DNA of 59,527 nucleotides, taken from positions 1 through 59,527 of the IMG/VR virus record IMGVR_UViG_3300027976_000042; one strand, written 5' to 3'. This stretch comes from a virus (Duplodnaviria > Caudoviricetes). The stretch's first letter is position 1; the number at the start of each line of letters is the position of its first letter. This document shows, piece by piece, positions 19,070 through 28,070 of the stretch. A program made the translations under genes and the position numbers. The notes beneath the pieces are model-generated. The model saw only the letters and a program-made list of their open reading frames with translations, did not search any database and was not told where the DNA came from.

Positions 19070-19990
19070 TTACAGAGCTTTGCCCGCTCTCCACTCTTCC
19101 ATCTCGAGATCTGAGACTCGAAACCAAGTCTGAACCCAGAATCCGTCTTCCGATCTCCTGACTTGAGCATCTTCGTCGATCAATTGTTCAGGGTCGTCGT
19201 CGAATACCCACTTTGCGAAGTCCTTTGCTTGGCATTCAGCTTCTGGTTTGTTTGCGGTAGGATCCCAAACTGAATCCAGGAAAGGGCATTCAGTCTCTCC
19301 TGAGAGGATCCTGACCAAGTCGCTTGGCCGGACTCTTCGATAATTTTCGAAATCTGCATTATCGGCTACGTGGAGACGCTCATCATAGTCGACAGCCCTC
19401 ACTCGAAATCCGGAGCACAATCTGGGAAAGGGGGTGTCAAAAGCATTTTCGTTGGCGACAAAAATGTATCCCACGAGCATAAAGCCTGAAAACGCAGAGC
19501 CGCCTCTTGATCCAGGATAGCCGGTATTTTTGATCAAGGGGATCCGAAAAGTAGGAAAGTTCCAGTCAAGCAGATCACTTGCGTAGATCATTTGATTATC
19601 GATCAAGACCTGCCGAAATTTCTCACACTCCTCATCCATCCTGCCCTTTACCGTGCCGTAAATAGAAGGCATCAGAAATCCAATGACTAAGGACGTGAGC
19701 CCTCCGTCTAACCTTGTCGCTGTTTCGCTCTCGGAAACAGACAGGTCAACCTGCCATTTTATCGGCCCATCTGCCAATCCGGAAAACGGAAAGTTAGGGA
19801 GTTTGAATTCCTCGAGAGATATGGACGCTTGATTTACCGACACGACCTTGTGGGTCTTCGATTGAAGCAAGAAGGTGCCCTGCACAGGGGAAGTCCCCTT
19901 GATTCTGACGACCCCGGGGTTGTCACAGTTTCCGCCTAGGACGATACCTAAGGATATGTCCTGAATTTTTGTTCGATGTATTTTAGCCAT
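19070..19990 (-). CDS. Hypothetical protein (306 aa) coupled to the RNAP beta-N gene
   Basis: TAATG overlap with the beta-N stop. Confidence 0.7.
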   Translation of the reverse strand: MAKIHRTKIQDISLGIVLGGNCDNPGVVRIKGTSPVQGTFLLQSKTHKVVSVNQASISLEEFKLPNFPFSGLADGPIKWQVDLSVSESETATRLDGGLTSLVIGFLMPSIYGTVKGRMDEECEKFRQVLIDNQMIYASDLLDWNFPTFRIPLIKNTGYPGSRGGSAFSGFMLVGYIFVANENAFDTPFPRLCSGFRVRAVDYDERLHVADNADFENYRRVRPSDLVRILSGETECPFLDSVWDPTANKPEAECQAKDFAKWVFDDDPEQLIDEDAQVRRSEDGFWVQTWFRVSDLEMEEWRAGKAL

Positions 19991-22359
19991 TAGCCATGGA
20001 ATTTAGGGAATAGAACTCTGCGTCCATAAATCTGAGAGGGGGTCCTCCAGACTTTTTTCCCCGTCCTGGCGTCGATCAGCGGAATGAAGACCTGATTGTT
20101 CGGTCCTTTTCTCGCTGACGATATGAGCCTTTGGTCAATGCCGACCATCCCCGATTCCGGAGTCCTGACAACGTCCACCACGCCCAATTGCGACGGGTGA
20201 ACATTCCTGGCCTCAACTGGAATCGATTCGCTGCTTCCAATCCCACCTTCACCAATCTGCGTGATGCGGAATCTGGCGTCCCATAGGTCAACTGGATTGA
20301 CTCCACCGACCGCCTGAGACAGGCTGTTGCCGACTATGAGACTCTCAAGTTGCGGGGTGAAGTGCCCCGACTTCAGGCCTTTCAGCGACCCATTGTATCT
20401 TGATCGGAATAGTAGAGTCCGGCCGATCTGGCCGGCGTCTTTAGCTACCCTCTCTTCCATGAAGTCATCCACAGTGTGGAAGGCCTGGTTCGCCTTGTCG
20501 TCTCGGTCATCCACGTCGGCCTCTCCCCTATTCATGGCGAGGAGCTTGCTGGTGACGTCTACAATTGTGTCTGGTCCGAAATTGGAATGGCTATGCCCAA
20601 GATTCCTCATCGAGATCTCTGGGTCAATTTCCATCTTGCTCAGTTGCTCCACTACGATACTGGCCCTTTCTTTTGTCAGGGCGTCCCCCTTGCCTCTCGG
20701 TAAGTCTGCCTGGGCCGGGCCGAACGATGAGGTCAAGGCCGCCAACTTAGGGCGAGCGGCACCGGGGATGGAGATTAAATCCCCAGCTCCCATCTCGGTT
20801 TTTATCAGCCTCTTGACCCCACTGGGGACCGATCCCTTCAGTGTGTGAATCCTGAACCCGGAAGGTTTGTGTGTGATCCCTGAGATTCCTTTATCTTCGG
20901 AGTCCACGAAGAACTCATCAGGCACCTCTCTCATGAGAGCGGTCAGGATTACCTGCTTCTGCTTGTAATTACCGCGGTCAGATTCTTTCTTTGCGGAAAT
21001 TAGAAGGTCGACCGCCCTTGATTGAGCCGTCTTCCTTTCTGATGCCGGAGACTTTACGTCATCGCTGGTTATCCAGTTCCTGAATTCCTGAATCGTCATC
21101 GGGGTAATGTTTCCGCACTTCCACCCCGCATTGAAATTTGAAAGATACAGATCTTTTGCCTCTTGGCGATTCTTTGTCCCGAACACAATTTTGTGCTTGT
21201 CAAACTTGCCACTCCCCTGAGTGACCTGATCTATGATAAAGACTATTTCAGAGCTTAGGTCTGGGCCCAGAAATACATCCAAGTGGTCTCCGTCGGCTCC
21301 GACTGTCCCTTTGATGTAGCCGTAGTCGCATTCCATTTTAGAGCTCCACCGGGCTCCGTTGGGTGCTATCCCGGATCTGATTGAGCCTTTCGGGTTCTCG
21401 ATCGTAATCGGGAGCCCGTCGATGCGGACATGGCCTTTCGCGTAATTTCCTGCGACGGCTCGAGCGTCGGATGGATTTTTGTCGACCATCCTTCTGGCCT
21501 GAGATAGGGCGCCTTTGTTGACGCTGAAGACGTCTTTTTTTCCGGGAACCACAATCAAGGCTGCTGCGGTCTTCCGCGGCCCATCGACAGAATCTCCACT
21601 GTCTTCTGGTTCTTCGTCCGGGATAGACAGGTCATCGGCAATTGCCGCGGCCTCCATCCTCTCCCTGAATCGATTAGCCCTGGTGCCGACCACCTTGTCG
21701 AAAAATTTATCAAAAGCCTTGTCGTCGGCCCCTTTTGAGTTCTGCTCCCAGACTTTTTCCCCCCATCTTTGCTTTAGGATGTCGTCGCTGACCCCGACTC
21801 CTTTCAGAATTGGGTAGAGTTTGATCCTGGAGTTCCCAATCATTGCTCGGAAGACTCCTGTCTCCGGCTCCATAAAAACCCTCATGGACGGTCCAGTCCC
21901 GGGTTTCGGATTCACGTGGGCCTCGAGTTCTCCATTCTCTTTTCTCCTGGAGTATACCCCAGGCCGCAGCCGGGTCTGGCTTGAGACCATGTATTCAGTC
22001 CCGTTATTGATGAAGGTCCCTCTCTCTGTCAGGTATGGGACGTTTGCGACAAGATGCTTTTTCTTTGTGTCGAGGAGTTCCCCGGTCACCTTATTGATCA
22101 TCTTGAAGTCTCCCCTAAGGGGGACCGAGAGTCGACCTCCGGACATCACAGCTTTCTTCTCGGATACTGGACCGTAGTAGAGCTTGTCCTCGTCGTAACT
22201 CAGATTAGAAAGTTCGATCCTGACGTCATTGTCCTCAAGTGGGAAGCGAGTCTCAAAGGCGCTTTTGGTCCTGTCCAGTATTGACGTGCGCAAAGCGTCC
22301 GTATCGTAAAACGATCGGAGCTGTGATTCGTCAATTTCTTGGATCTTGTCGCCGTTCAT
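19990..22359 (-). CDS. Phage RNA polymerase beta subunit, N-terminal half, with inserted InPase domain and a second unknown domain
   Basis: beta motifs: VPYLTERGTFINNGTEYMVSSQTRLRPGVY, VDDRD..N, LSQ..VNP..RITQIGEGGI, RNVHPSQLG..TPESGMVG; insert motifs: IENPKGS.R, DYGYIKGT, DGDHLDVF. Confidence 0.92.
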   Translation of the reverse strand: MNGDKIQEIDESQLRSFYDTDALRTSILDRTKSAFETRFPLEDNDVRIELSNLSYDEDKLYYGPVSEKKAVMSGGRLSVPLRGDFKMINKVTGELLDTKKKHLVANVPYLTERGTFINNGTEYMVSSQTRLRPGVYSRRKENGELEAHVNPKPGTGPSMRVFMEPETGVFRAMIGNSRIKLYPILKGVGVSDDILKQRWGEKVWEQNSKGADDKAFDKFFDKVVGTRANRFRERMEAAAIADDLSIPDEEPEDSGDSVDGPRKTAAALIVVPGKKDVFSVNKGALSQARRMVDKNPSDARAVAGNYAKGHVRIDGLPITIENPKGSIRSGIAPNGARWSSKMECDYGYIKGTVGADGDHLDVFLGPDLSSEIVFIIDQVTQGSGKFDKHKIVFGTKNRQEAKDLYLSNFNAGWKCGNITPMTIQEFRNWITSDDVKSPASERKTAQSRAVDLLISAKKESDRGNYKQKQVILTALMREVPDEFFVDSEDKGISGITHKPSGFRIHTLKGSVPSGVKRLIKTEMGAGDLISIPGAARPKLAALTSSFGPAQADLPRGKGDALTKERASIVVEQLSKMEIDPEISMRNLGHSHSNFGPDTIVDVTSKLLAMNRGEADVDDRDDKANQAFHTVDDFMEERVAKDAGQIGRTLLFRSRYNGSLKGLKSGHFTPQLESLIVGNSLSQAVGGVNPVDLWDARFRITQIGEGGIGSSESIPVEARNVHPSQLGVVDVVRTPESGMVGIDQRLISSARKGPNNQVFIPLIDARTGKKVWRTPSQIYGRRVLFPKFHG
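21070..21480 (-). other. Inorganic pyrophosphatase-like (InPase) domain inside RNAP beta-N
   Basis: GNYAKGHVRIDGLPITIENPKGSIRSG..W..M..DYGYIKGTVGADGDHLDVFLG..VFIIDQ..FDKHK..A..Y..F..W; DGDxLD matches the family I PPase metal-binding motif. Confidence 0.85.
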
Positions 22360-22379
22360 AGCTGCCAGCGTGCTGAAGC

Positions 22380-23393
22380 TTAGCCTGTGATGGGCAGGGG
22401 ATGGGCGTCAACTCCGATATCCATGAGGTCCTCTTCTAGGCCCAAAGATACCTCATCTGAATCTTCCCTGGCGGATTCCCCAATTTCTTGCTCCCGAGAG
22501 TCATTGGACCTCCGGGAAAATTCTTGAAGATTGAGGGCTATCAGTGTGTTTTGCAGAACCGATGCTGCGCCCTTCATAGACCGAGCTTCGCCGATCGACA
22601 CACTGGACATCAACAAGTCTGGATTTTTCTCTCGGAATTGTTTCCGGTTTTCGCTGATGTAAAGGTCGTCGAGGTCCCGCTCTTTTTGGAGCCTGCTCCT
22701 GTGCGTCAGAATTCCTGCCGCCACGGTAGTCAGGACCATCCCCCCAACCGCGAAGTCAGTGGCCCTGGAGAATTTATCCCCAAAGGACATAACGGCAGCT
22801 TTCCTTGAAGGCTCGGAACCCGAACCAGTTATCTTGTCGAGCCCCCCTTTTACAATATTTGGGAGATCGGATACTGAATCTGATACCTCATCTGACACCT
22901 CATCGACCACGTCCCTCTGAGGGACGCTCTCCTGCCCCCGGGTATGGGTGATCTTGTCCAGGTGCCTTGACTTCACAGTCCGAATTTCTCTCTCGAGCTG
23001 AGATTTCTCTCGGTTGTCCAGGTAGTTCGAAAGGATAGTGTAAGTTGCGACCCCGGGCAATGTCATTGCGGCAATTGAAACCGGGAGGTCCCAGGTTACG
23101 GGTCCTCGCGGAACTCCACCAAACCAGCCCCCCTCGGCAGAGAAGGTTTTCGACGCGACCTTTCGGCCCTCTTCCTGATCACCTTGTTGGGCCTCGGAGG
23201 CTGATCTCGCCTCAATTTTAGGAGCCGAGAGGAACTTCTTTCGGTTCCTCTCTTCCAGCTCTCCTCTGACGTCCGAGACCGCCTTCACCCCGAGCGCGAT
23301 TGCCACTCCTTTTGCGGCCGAAATGGTTCCGTATCTTGCGAGCCTGTCTTTGACTAGGCTGTAGACTCCGAGTCTGGGTTGGGAATTGGGCAT
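22380..23393 (-). CDS. Probable virion-internal protein with hydrophobic segments (337 aa)
   Basis: Gly/Ala-rich hydrophobic stretches alternating with charged linkers and RKxA motifs; same operon as RNAP beta-N. Confidence 0.5.
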   Translation of the reverse strand: MPNSQPRLGVYSLVKDRLARYGTISAAKGVAIALGVKAVSDVRGELEERNRKKFLSAPKIEARSASEAQQGDQEEGRKVASKTFSAEGGWFGGVPRGPVTWDLPVSIAAMTLPGVATYTILSNYLDNREKSQLEREIRTVKSRHLDKITHTRGQESVPQRDVVDEVSDEVSDSVSDLPNIVKGGLDKITGSGSEPSRKAAVMSFGDKFSRATDFAVGGMVLTTVAAGILTHRSRLQKERDLDDLYISENRKQFREKNPDLLMSSVSIGEARSMKGAASVLQNTLIALNLQEFSRRSNDSREQEIGESAREDSDEVSLGLEEDLMDIGVDAHPLPITG

Positions 23394-23420
23394 CGTAATG
23401 AATTGCTGGTTACTGGTTGC

Positions 23421-24089
23421 TCAAGCATCACCCTCTGGTCTGGTTGAGTCAACCGACTTGGGACCGGATCTTTTGAGCTTACGCCTGTCCACAACATCGA
23501 TTCTCTCCCTTTTCACCGCCGCCTCCGCTACGTCTCCCGTCCGGAGAACTATGATAGCCCGATAACCAAGCGGGGCGTTAGGGTCCAGAATAATGACCGG
23601 TGGAGCATCTTCCATGACCACGATCCTTTTTGATTTTGGGTGGCAGATGGTTTCAATCTCCTTTGAGTAAGCTGCGGCGTCCTCCGGTTTTGCCAAGTCA
23701 AAGACCACCGTCCTGATCTTCGCGTAATGCCTTACTACCTTCTCCTCTGTGTTTCTCGGACCGGGAAGAATGCCGTTGGTTGGGTCGGTTTGGACTTTGT
23801 TGAACTCCCCTGCGCCAAACCCTTCTTCTGGCTCGGCCTGATCTCGGGTTTTTTCAGGGTCTTCTTCGGCCTCGTCAAAATGGCTGTCAAAGCTGGTCGC
23901 AAATACGCTTTTGCCTCCAATAGGCGGGGGCCCTTCGGCCCTGTCAGCTTCTTTGGCTTCCTGGGGCTGAGAGCCCGATCCTTCGAGGTCTTCTTCTAGC
24001 AAGTCAGTCAGCATCCCTCGAAGCTCAGGCGGCATCTCGTGGTCGGCTTCCTGGTTCCCACCTTCTGTATCAAGTTGATCCTGCGTCAT
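23421..24089 (-). CDS. Acidic hypothetical protein (probable start MTQDQLD)
   Basis: Starts 2 nt after the upstream stop; VFDLAKPED..Y motif. Confidence 0.65.
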   Translation of the reverse strand: MTQDQLDTEGGNQEADHEMPPELRGMLTDLLEEDLEGSGSQPQEAKEADRAEGPPPIGGKSVFATSFDSHFDEAEEDPEKTRDQAEPEEGFGAGEFNKVQTDPTNGILPGPRNTEEKVVRHYAKIRTVVFDLAKPEDAAAYSKEIETICHPKSKRIVVMEDAPPVIILDPNAPLGYRAIIVLRTGDVAEAAVKRERIDVVDRRKLKRSGPKSVDSTRPEGDA

Positions 24090-24090
24090 C

Positions 24091-24558
24091 TCAGTCGAGG
24101 AGCTCAACCAAGGAGCCATTTTGTCCCTTGCTGTCAGGCTTAGGGGCTTTTGACGTAGTAGACCTGGACGCAACGTCGGGGCTTGATTGGGACGACTGCG
24201 GCTCTGCCTCCTCTTCTCCCGGGATAGCAAACCCGCCCCTGGACATGGCGATATCGGAGATTGCCCGAAGCCTCTCCCTTGTGTTCGCAACACTCGGACT
24301 TCTTCGTTTGCTGGCTGCAAGCTCGAGTCTGTGGTGCGCCCTGCCGGACATATCGCCGACTACTGCTGCAAGCACTGGCGGGGCCAGAAGCAAATACGGG
24401 GCTGCCTTTAATGCGCCCTCGATCATGTTTGCCTGTTTCATCTGGCCCGTGCGATCGCCGAAATGACTTCGAATGCCAGACTGGATGGCAAACCTTCTGT
24501 GTTTTTCGGAGTATTCGCCCCCCTTGATTAGATCGCTGATAATTTGTGACTCGTTCAT
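24091..24558 (-). CDS. Probable virion-associated protein (155 aa)
   Basis: MKQA motif followed by hydrophobic LLLAPPVLAAVVG. Confidence 0.55.
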   Translation of the reverse strand: MNESQIISDLIKGGEYSEKHRRFAIQSGIRSHFGDRTGQMKQANMIEGALKAAPYLLLAPPVLAAVVGDMSGRAHHRLELAASKRRSPSVANTRERLRAISDIAMSRGGFAIPGEEEAEPQSSQSSPDVASRSTTSKAPKPDSKGQNGSLVELLD

Positions 24559-25410
24559 TTATCTGTAAGTTTTGAATCCTGGGGTGTAAGTCCAACTGTC
24601 GGACCTTTGGTTCTCTAAGACTGCTCCTCCGATCATAGCTCCAACGACTGCGGAGATTCCTCTTTGAACTGGCCCGGCGCCGGCGGCTCTGGCTGCAAAA
24701 TAACCAGCTATGGCTCCTCCGCCCTGGTGGATTAAAGAGTCCATGGACGCTGACCTGCCAGATCCGCGTGTCGCTTCGTCGATCTGACGGAACATAATCC
24801 TTTTGGTCTCAAACGGGATTGCCGAGTCAGCCATGACCTGCCTTTTTAGTTGATCGTCTGACGCCCTCCAGGCTGCCTTTTTTTCCGCCCACATACGTCC
24901 TAGGCTCACTGACAGGTCTTTAGGCGGCGGACCGTGAAGGAGGTCGTTCCAGGGACCAGGAACCTGCGGCATTCGGGCCCTGACTCTGGTCTCGATGTCG
25001 CTGCCCGGCTTGACCAGAAGTTTCTGAATCGACCCTCCCGGAAGCAGGGGTTCGGACCCTCTCTCCGGGACAGACCTTTTAAACAACGACAGATGCTTTC
25101 CGATCGTAGACTTCGGATTGTTTGCCGCTGACACCGCGGCGTTAGTCAAGGCTGATGTTCCCAGTCCTGCGGCGGCGCCGTAGAGCCCCCGCCTGAGCCT
25201 CCTCCTCCTTGCTTCGTCTGGGGTCGCTCCTGGGTCGTTTAACCCAAATCTGTCCATTGCCACGTCAGACGCCATTCCCAATCCAGCCCCGATGGCGGTT
25301 GCTGCAGCCAGAGATCCAACGACTGATCCTCCTTTCGGCGGGGCTATGGGGGACAGAAGGAAATCCCCAATCCCGTAACCCTTTGCCAATTTCTGTCTTG
25401 TCGTGATCAT
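24559..25410 (-). CDS. Gly/Ala-rich probable virion-internal protein (283 aa)
   Basis: Glycine-zipper-like segments (AIGAGLG, GAAAGLG, GAIAG, GAMIGG); KxA motifs. Confidence 0.55.
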   Translation of the reverse strand: MITTRQKLAKGYGIGDFLLSPIAPPKGGSVVGSLAAATAIGAGLGMASDVAMDRFGLNDPGATPDEARRRRLRRGLYGAAAGLGTSALTNAAVSAANNPKSTIGKHLSLFKRSVPERGSEPLLPGGSIQKLLVKPGSDIETRVRARMPQVPGPWNDLLHGPPPKDLSVSLGRMWAEKKAAWRASDDQLKRQVMADSAIPFETKRIMFRQIDEATRGSGRSASMDSLIHQGGGAIAGYFAARAAGAGPVQRGISAVVGAMIGGAVLENQRSDSWTYTPGFKTYR

Positions 25411-25425
25411 TCTTGGTTTTCCCAG

Positions 25426-25454
25426 AGAATACTATTCGTTCCTGGCGAGCTCAA
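25426..25454 (-). promoter_or_regulatory. sigma70-like promoter heading the virion/RNAP beta-N operon
   Basis: TTGAGC-N17-TATTCT, 15 nt upstream of the ATG at 25410. Confidence 0.55.
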
Positions 25455-25505
25455 GACGTTTCTGATGGCTTTCGGGTCTGACTTTGTCGGCCTTGGCCCT
25501 TTTTG

Positions 25506-25859
25506 TCACTCACTGTCATCGATATCATGTTTGTTCCACCTAGCACCCAGAGAATACTCATCCTGGATCCCTGCCGAAAAGCCGGGAATCATTTCGGTGA
25601 GTTCCGCTGCGCCCAAGATTTCCGGGCTGTCGATGAGTCTGACCTCCTTTACTTTGGCTGGGCAGCCTTCTTTCTCGAGGGCTGCTACACGAGATTCTGC
25701 TCCCGACTTTGTCAGCCACACAGAGTCGACTGGTTTTTCCCAGTTATCCGCAATTACGAGATGCAGCCCTTTAAGCATTCTCACCCCTCCTTCCAACCTA
25801 AGGGTTATCCCCAGCTCAACAATGGAGCGACTGACCAATATTCTGCTATCTTTTGACAT
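25506..25859 (-). CDS. Hypothetical protein (117 aa)
   Basis: Collinear ORF. Confidence 0.55.
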   Translation of the reverse strand: MSKDSRILVSRSIVELGITLRLEGGVRMLKGLHLVIADNWEKPVDSVWLTKSGAESRVAALEKEGCPAKVKEVRLIDSPEILGAAELTEMIPGFSAGIQDEYSLGARWNKHDIDDSE

Positions 25860-25861
25860 AA

Positions 25862-27184
25862 TTATCCTTCATCCCCATCTGGGGGGTTTACGAGTATGGG
25901 TTCAAACCATTTTTCTTTTTTCTGTTGCCGGCCCTTTCCGAAAGATACGGTATGGATGTGTCCGGCCCTCCAATGGGTAACCACTTTTTTACCACTTGGC
26001 TCTAGCCCTGGCCCTGGCGGACTTTGATAAGTTACCCTCCTCTTGTATGACGCGCCTATTGTCCTTGGAGTCCTGACGTCAACCTGACCAGATTTCCGGC
26101 TTCTTATGGTTCCTGTTTTTGAACTTGAACCCATTAACTCTGGCCGCATTGAGGCGATGAGGCATAAGTTAACTGCCGCCGAAACTGTAGTTATTATGTG
26201 ATCCCTACTGACGGGTTCGATCTCCTGCCCATCTCCTGTGCTATGGCCGAAGTTGGCGTTTCTGAGCCTCTCTATGGCCTTTCCAACTTGACATGCTCCG
26301 TCTTCTACTTGGATTGGTATTGACGTTATTACCCGGCTTCTATTGCATGCATGCACATTGACAAACCTCAGTTCATTGACATTTACGACGTGGACAAAAA
26401 GATGAGTAATTTCGACATCGGCCGAATACGTCAACCCGCGAAGGTCGGACATTCCTTTTGGGACAACGAATGTCATCGATTTGAATGGCATCGGAGTCAG
26501 GTCCATATTCCAGACTTCGGGGGGTTTTGTTCTAAGGGCAGCGTCATACATTTGTCGACCTACGATCCAAAATGGAAAATCGTGTAACTGCCCAGCTACA
26601 AAGGCCATTAAGATATTCCTGTCATCGCCGGCCATGATGGATTTCATCCGCATGTGAGCGATCTCGTAGCTGACCTTCTTTCCCTTAAATTCCGGACCAG
26701 AGATATCCGAGGTCCCGGCTTCTAAGCTCTGAGTATGACTCCGAAACCTTTCGGTCACCATGGCTCCCCTGGCCATAAAGGCCGCTACTGGTCTCACTCC
26801 ATGTGACCAGTTCGGACAATCCCATTTGATTTTTTTGAATACCTCAAACCATCCCTTGTTGTTTTTTGCGGCAAAATTTTCGTAAATATCTTCGCATTCT
26901 CTTTCCTGCTCACGAAACGCGGAATCCGTTAGGGTCAGGCAGCTCAAGGTGATTAAGCTCGAGCATTCTGACAATGGGTAGATCTCCGTTCCGGTGGACT
27001 GAGTCCCGGGAAGCTTCCGAAACATATCGGCAAGATTCAATAAGTCTCCGCTCTTAATGAATTTGCTTATCTCGTGGATCCATATCCCAGTTAGTTCCTT
27101 GATGGCCTCCGCAATTTTTACCGCCTCTGCGTCTTTGTATAAACTCCTGAACCTCTTGTCCAATCTTTCGAGTTTGCTGGTCAT
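25862..27184 (-). CDS. Hypothetical protein with C-terminal HWRxGH motif (440 aa)
   Basis: THWRAGHIH..GKGRQQKKEKWFEPILVN, a recurrent phage C-terminal motif. Confidence 0.75.
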   Translation of the reverse strand: MTSKLERLDKRFRSLYKDAEAVKIAEAIKELTGIWIHEISKFIKSGDLLNLADMFRKLPGTQSTGTEIYPLSECSSLITLSCLTLTDSAFREQERECEDIYENFAAKNNKGWFEVFKKIKWDCPNWSHGVRPVAAFMARGAMVTERFRSHTQSLEAGTSDISGPEFKGKKVSYEIAHMRMKSIMAGDDRNILMAFVAGQLHDFPFWIVGRQMYDAALRTKPPEVWNMDLTPMPFKSMTFVVPKGMSDLRGLTYSADVEITHLFVHVVNVNELRFVNVHACNRSRVITSIPIQVEDGACQVGKAIERLRNANFGHSTGDGQEIEPVSRDHIITTVSAAVNLCLIASMRPELMGSSSKTGTIRSRKSGQVDVRTPRTIGASYKRRVTYQSPPGPGLEPSGKKVVTHWRAGHIHTVSFGKGRQQKKEKWFEPILVNPPDGDEG

Positions 27185-27396
27185 GAGATCAGGTAAGCTT
27201 TTGTTGATGCTGCCACGTCCGTTGTCGTGACTTCTATTGTCCCGTCAAATTTCATTGTGTGGAACGTGACGTTGGGAATCTCGAGGATCTCATCCCCGCG
27301 AGCGTCTGTTAAAACCCCTTCGGCCATGGACATGGTAAATCCCTCCGGGAAAACGCGGCCTTCGATTTTAACACTTTTGGTAAATACGTATTTCAT
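27181..27396 (-). CDS. Small hypothetical protein (start MKYVFTK)
   Basis: The longer ORF-track start would run through the terminator; ATGA overlap at the 3' end. Confidence 0.55.
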   Translation of the reverse strand: MKYVFTKSVKIEGRVFPEGFTMSMAEGVLTDARGDEILEIPNVTFHTMKFDGTIEVTTTDVAASTKAYLIS

Positions 27397-27425
27397 ATTT
27401 TTGATAATTTTGCAATTGAGCCATG

Positions 27426-27457
27426 AAAAAGGGGCCGACAGTGAAGTCGGCCCCTTT
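27426..27457. terminator. Rho-independent terminator
   Basis: AAAAA-GGGGCCGAC-agtgaa-GTCGGCCCC-TTT. Confidence 0.85.
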
Positions 27458-27506
27458 CTTGCTCTTTTTTCTTGGGGCTCGCCCAATTCCTCCGCAAAGC
27501 TGAAGA

Positions 27507-28070
27507 TCAGCCGTTGGTTTTTTTGGGGCTCTTCACTATCTTCAGCTCTGTCGGCGCTGCCTTGTCGGCTGCTGCCTGCTCGGCTGCCTTGTCGGCTGCT
27601 GCCTTGTCGGCTGCTGCCTTGTCGGCTGCTGCCTTGTCGGCTGCTGCCTTGTCGGCTGCTGCCTTGTCGGCTGCTGCCTGCTCGGCTGCTGCCTGCTCGG
27701 CTGCCTCGTCGGCCGCTGCCGGTTCGGTTGCGGATTTCACCCCAGGCGTCACGGACAGAGAAGGAGATGGTGGGTTTTTGTCGGCGTTCGGTCTTTCGAT
27801 GACCTGAACGTATAGGCTACCCACGGATGATCTCTGGATCCTGCTGTCTTCCGCGCCGGAAGGTGAGCCATTGTCGTCTTCGGTTTTGGTTTCTGCGGCT
27901 TCGGCTTCTGCGGCTTCGGCGACAAATGAGTTGAAATTCTGGACGAGCTTCTCGATCCCATTTTTGACTGCGAGGCCTTGTCTCGACGTCGAGATTAGAT
28001 GGCTGTCAAATTTTAGAGCTGAGATGAAAATGCCGCCTTGCCGATTCTGTGAAATGATGATGGATACCAT
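27507..28070 (-). CDS. Ala-rich repeat protein with (AAADK)n
   Basis: Own promoter and terminator; in-frame pentapeptide repeats. Confidence 0.7.
   Translation of the reverse strand: MVSIIISQNRQGGIFISALKFDSHLISTSRQGLAVKNGIEKLVQNFNSFVAEAAEAEAAETKTEDDNGSPSGAEDSRIQRSSVGSLYVQVIERPNADKNPPSPSLSVTPGVKSATEPAAADEAAEQAAAEQAAADKAAADKAAADKAAADKAAADKAAADKAAEQAAADKAAPTELKIVKSPKKTNG
27556..27720. repeat. 15-bp coding tandem repeat (GCTGCCTTGTCGGCT and variants)
   Basis: Several exact copies plus EQ-type variants read directly. Confidence 0.95.

Noticed and set aside
16583-19989. Self-splicing intron joining the two RNAP pieces
   Set aside because: Interval is filled with ordinary ORFs, no homing endonuclease or maturase is seen, and the downstream piece has its own promoter and ATG
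20740-21620. Intein as the explanation of the RNAP beta insert
   Set aside because: No Cys/Ser start, block B or terminal Asn; the insert carries PPase motifs instead
13556-22359. Cellular rpoBC operon
   Set aside because: Non-cellular split points, missing zinc-binding domain, no ribosomal-protein neighbours, phage gene context
27556-27720. CRISPR or non-coding repeat
   Set aside because: In-frame 15-bp coding repeat without spacers
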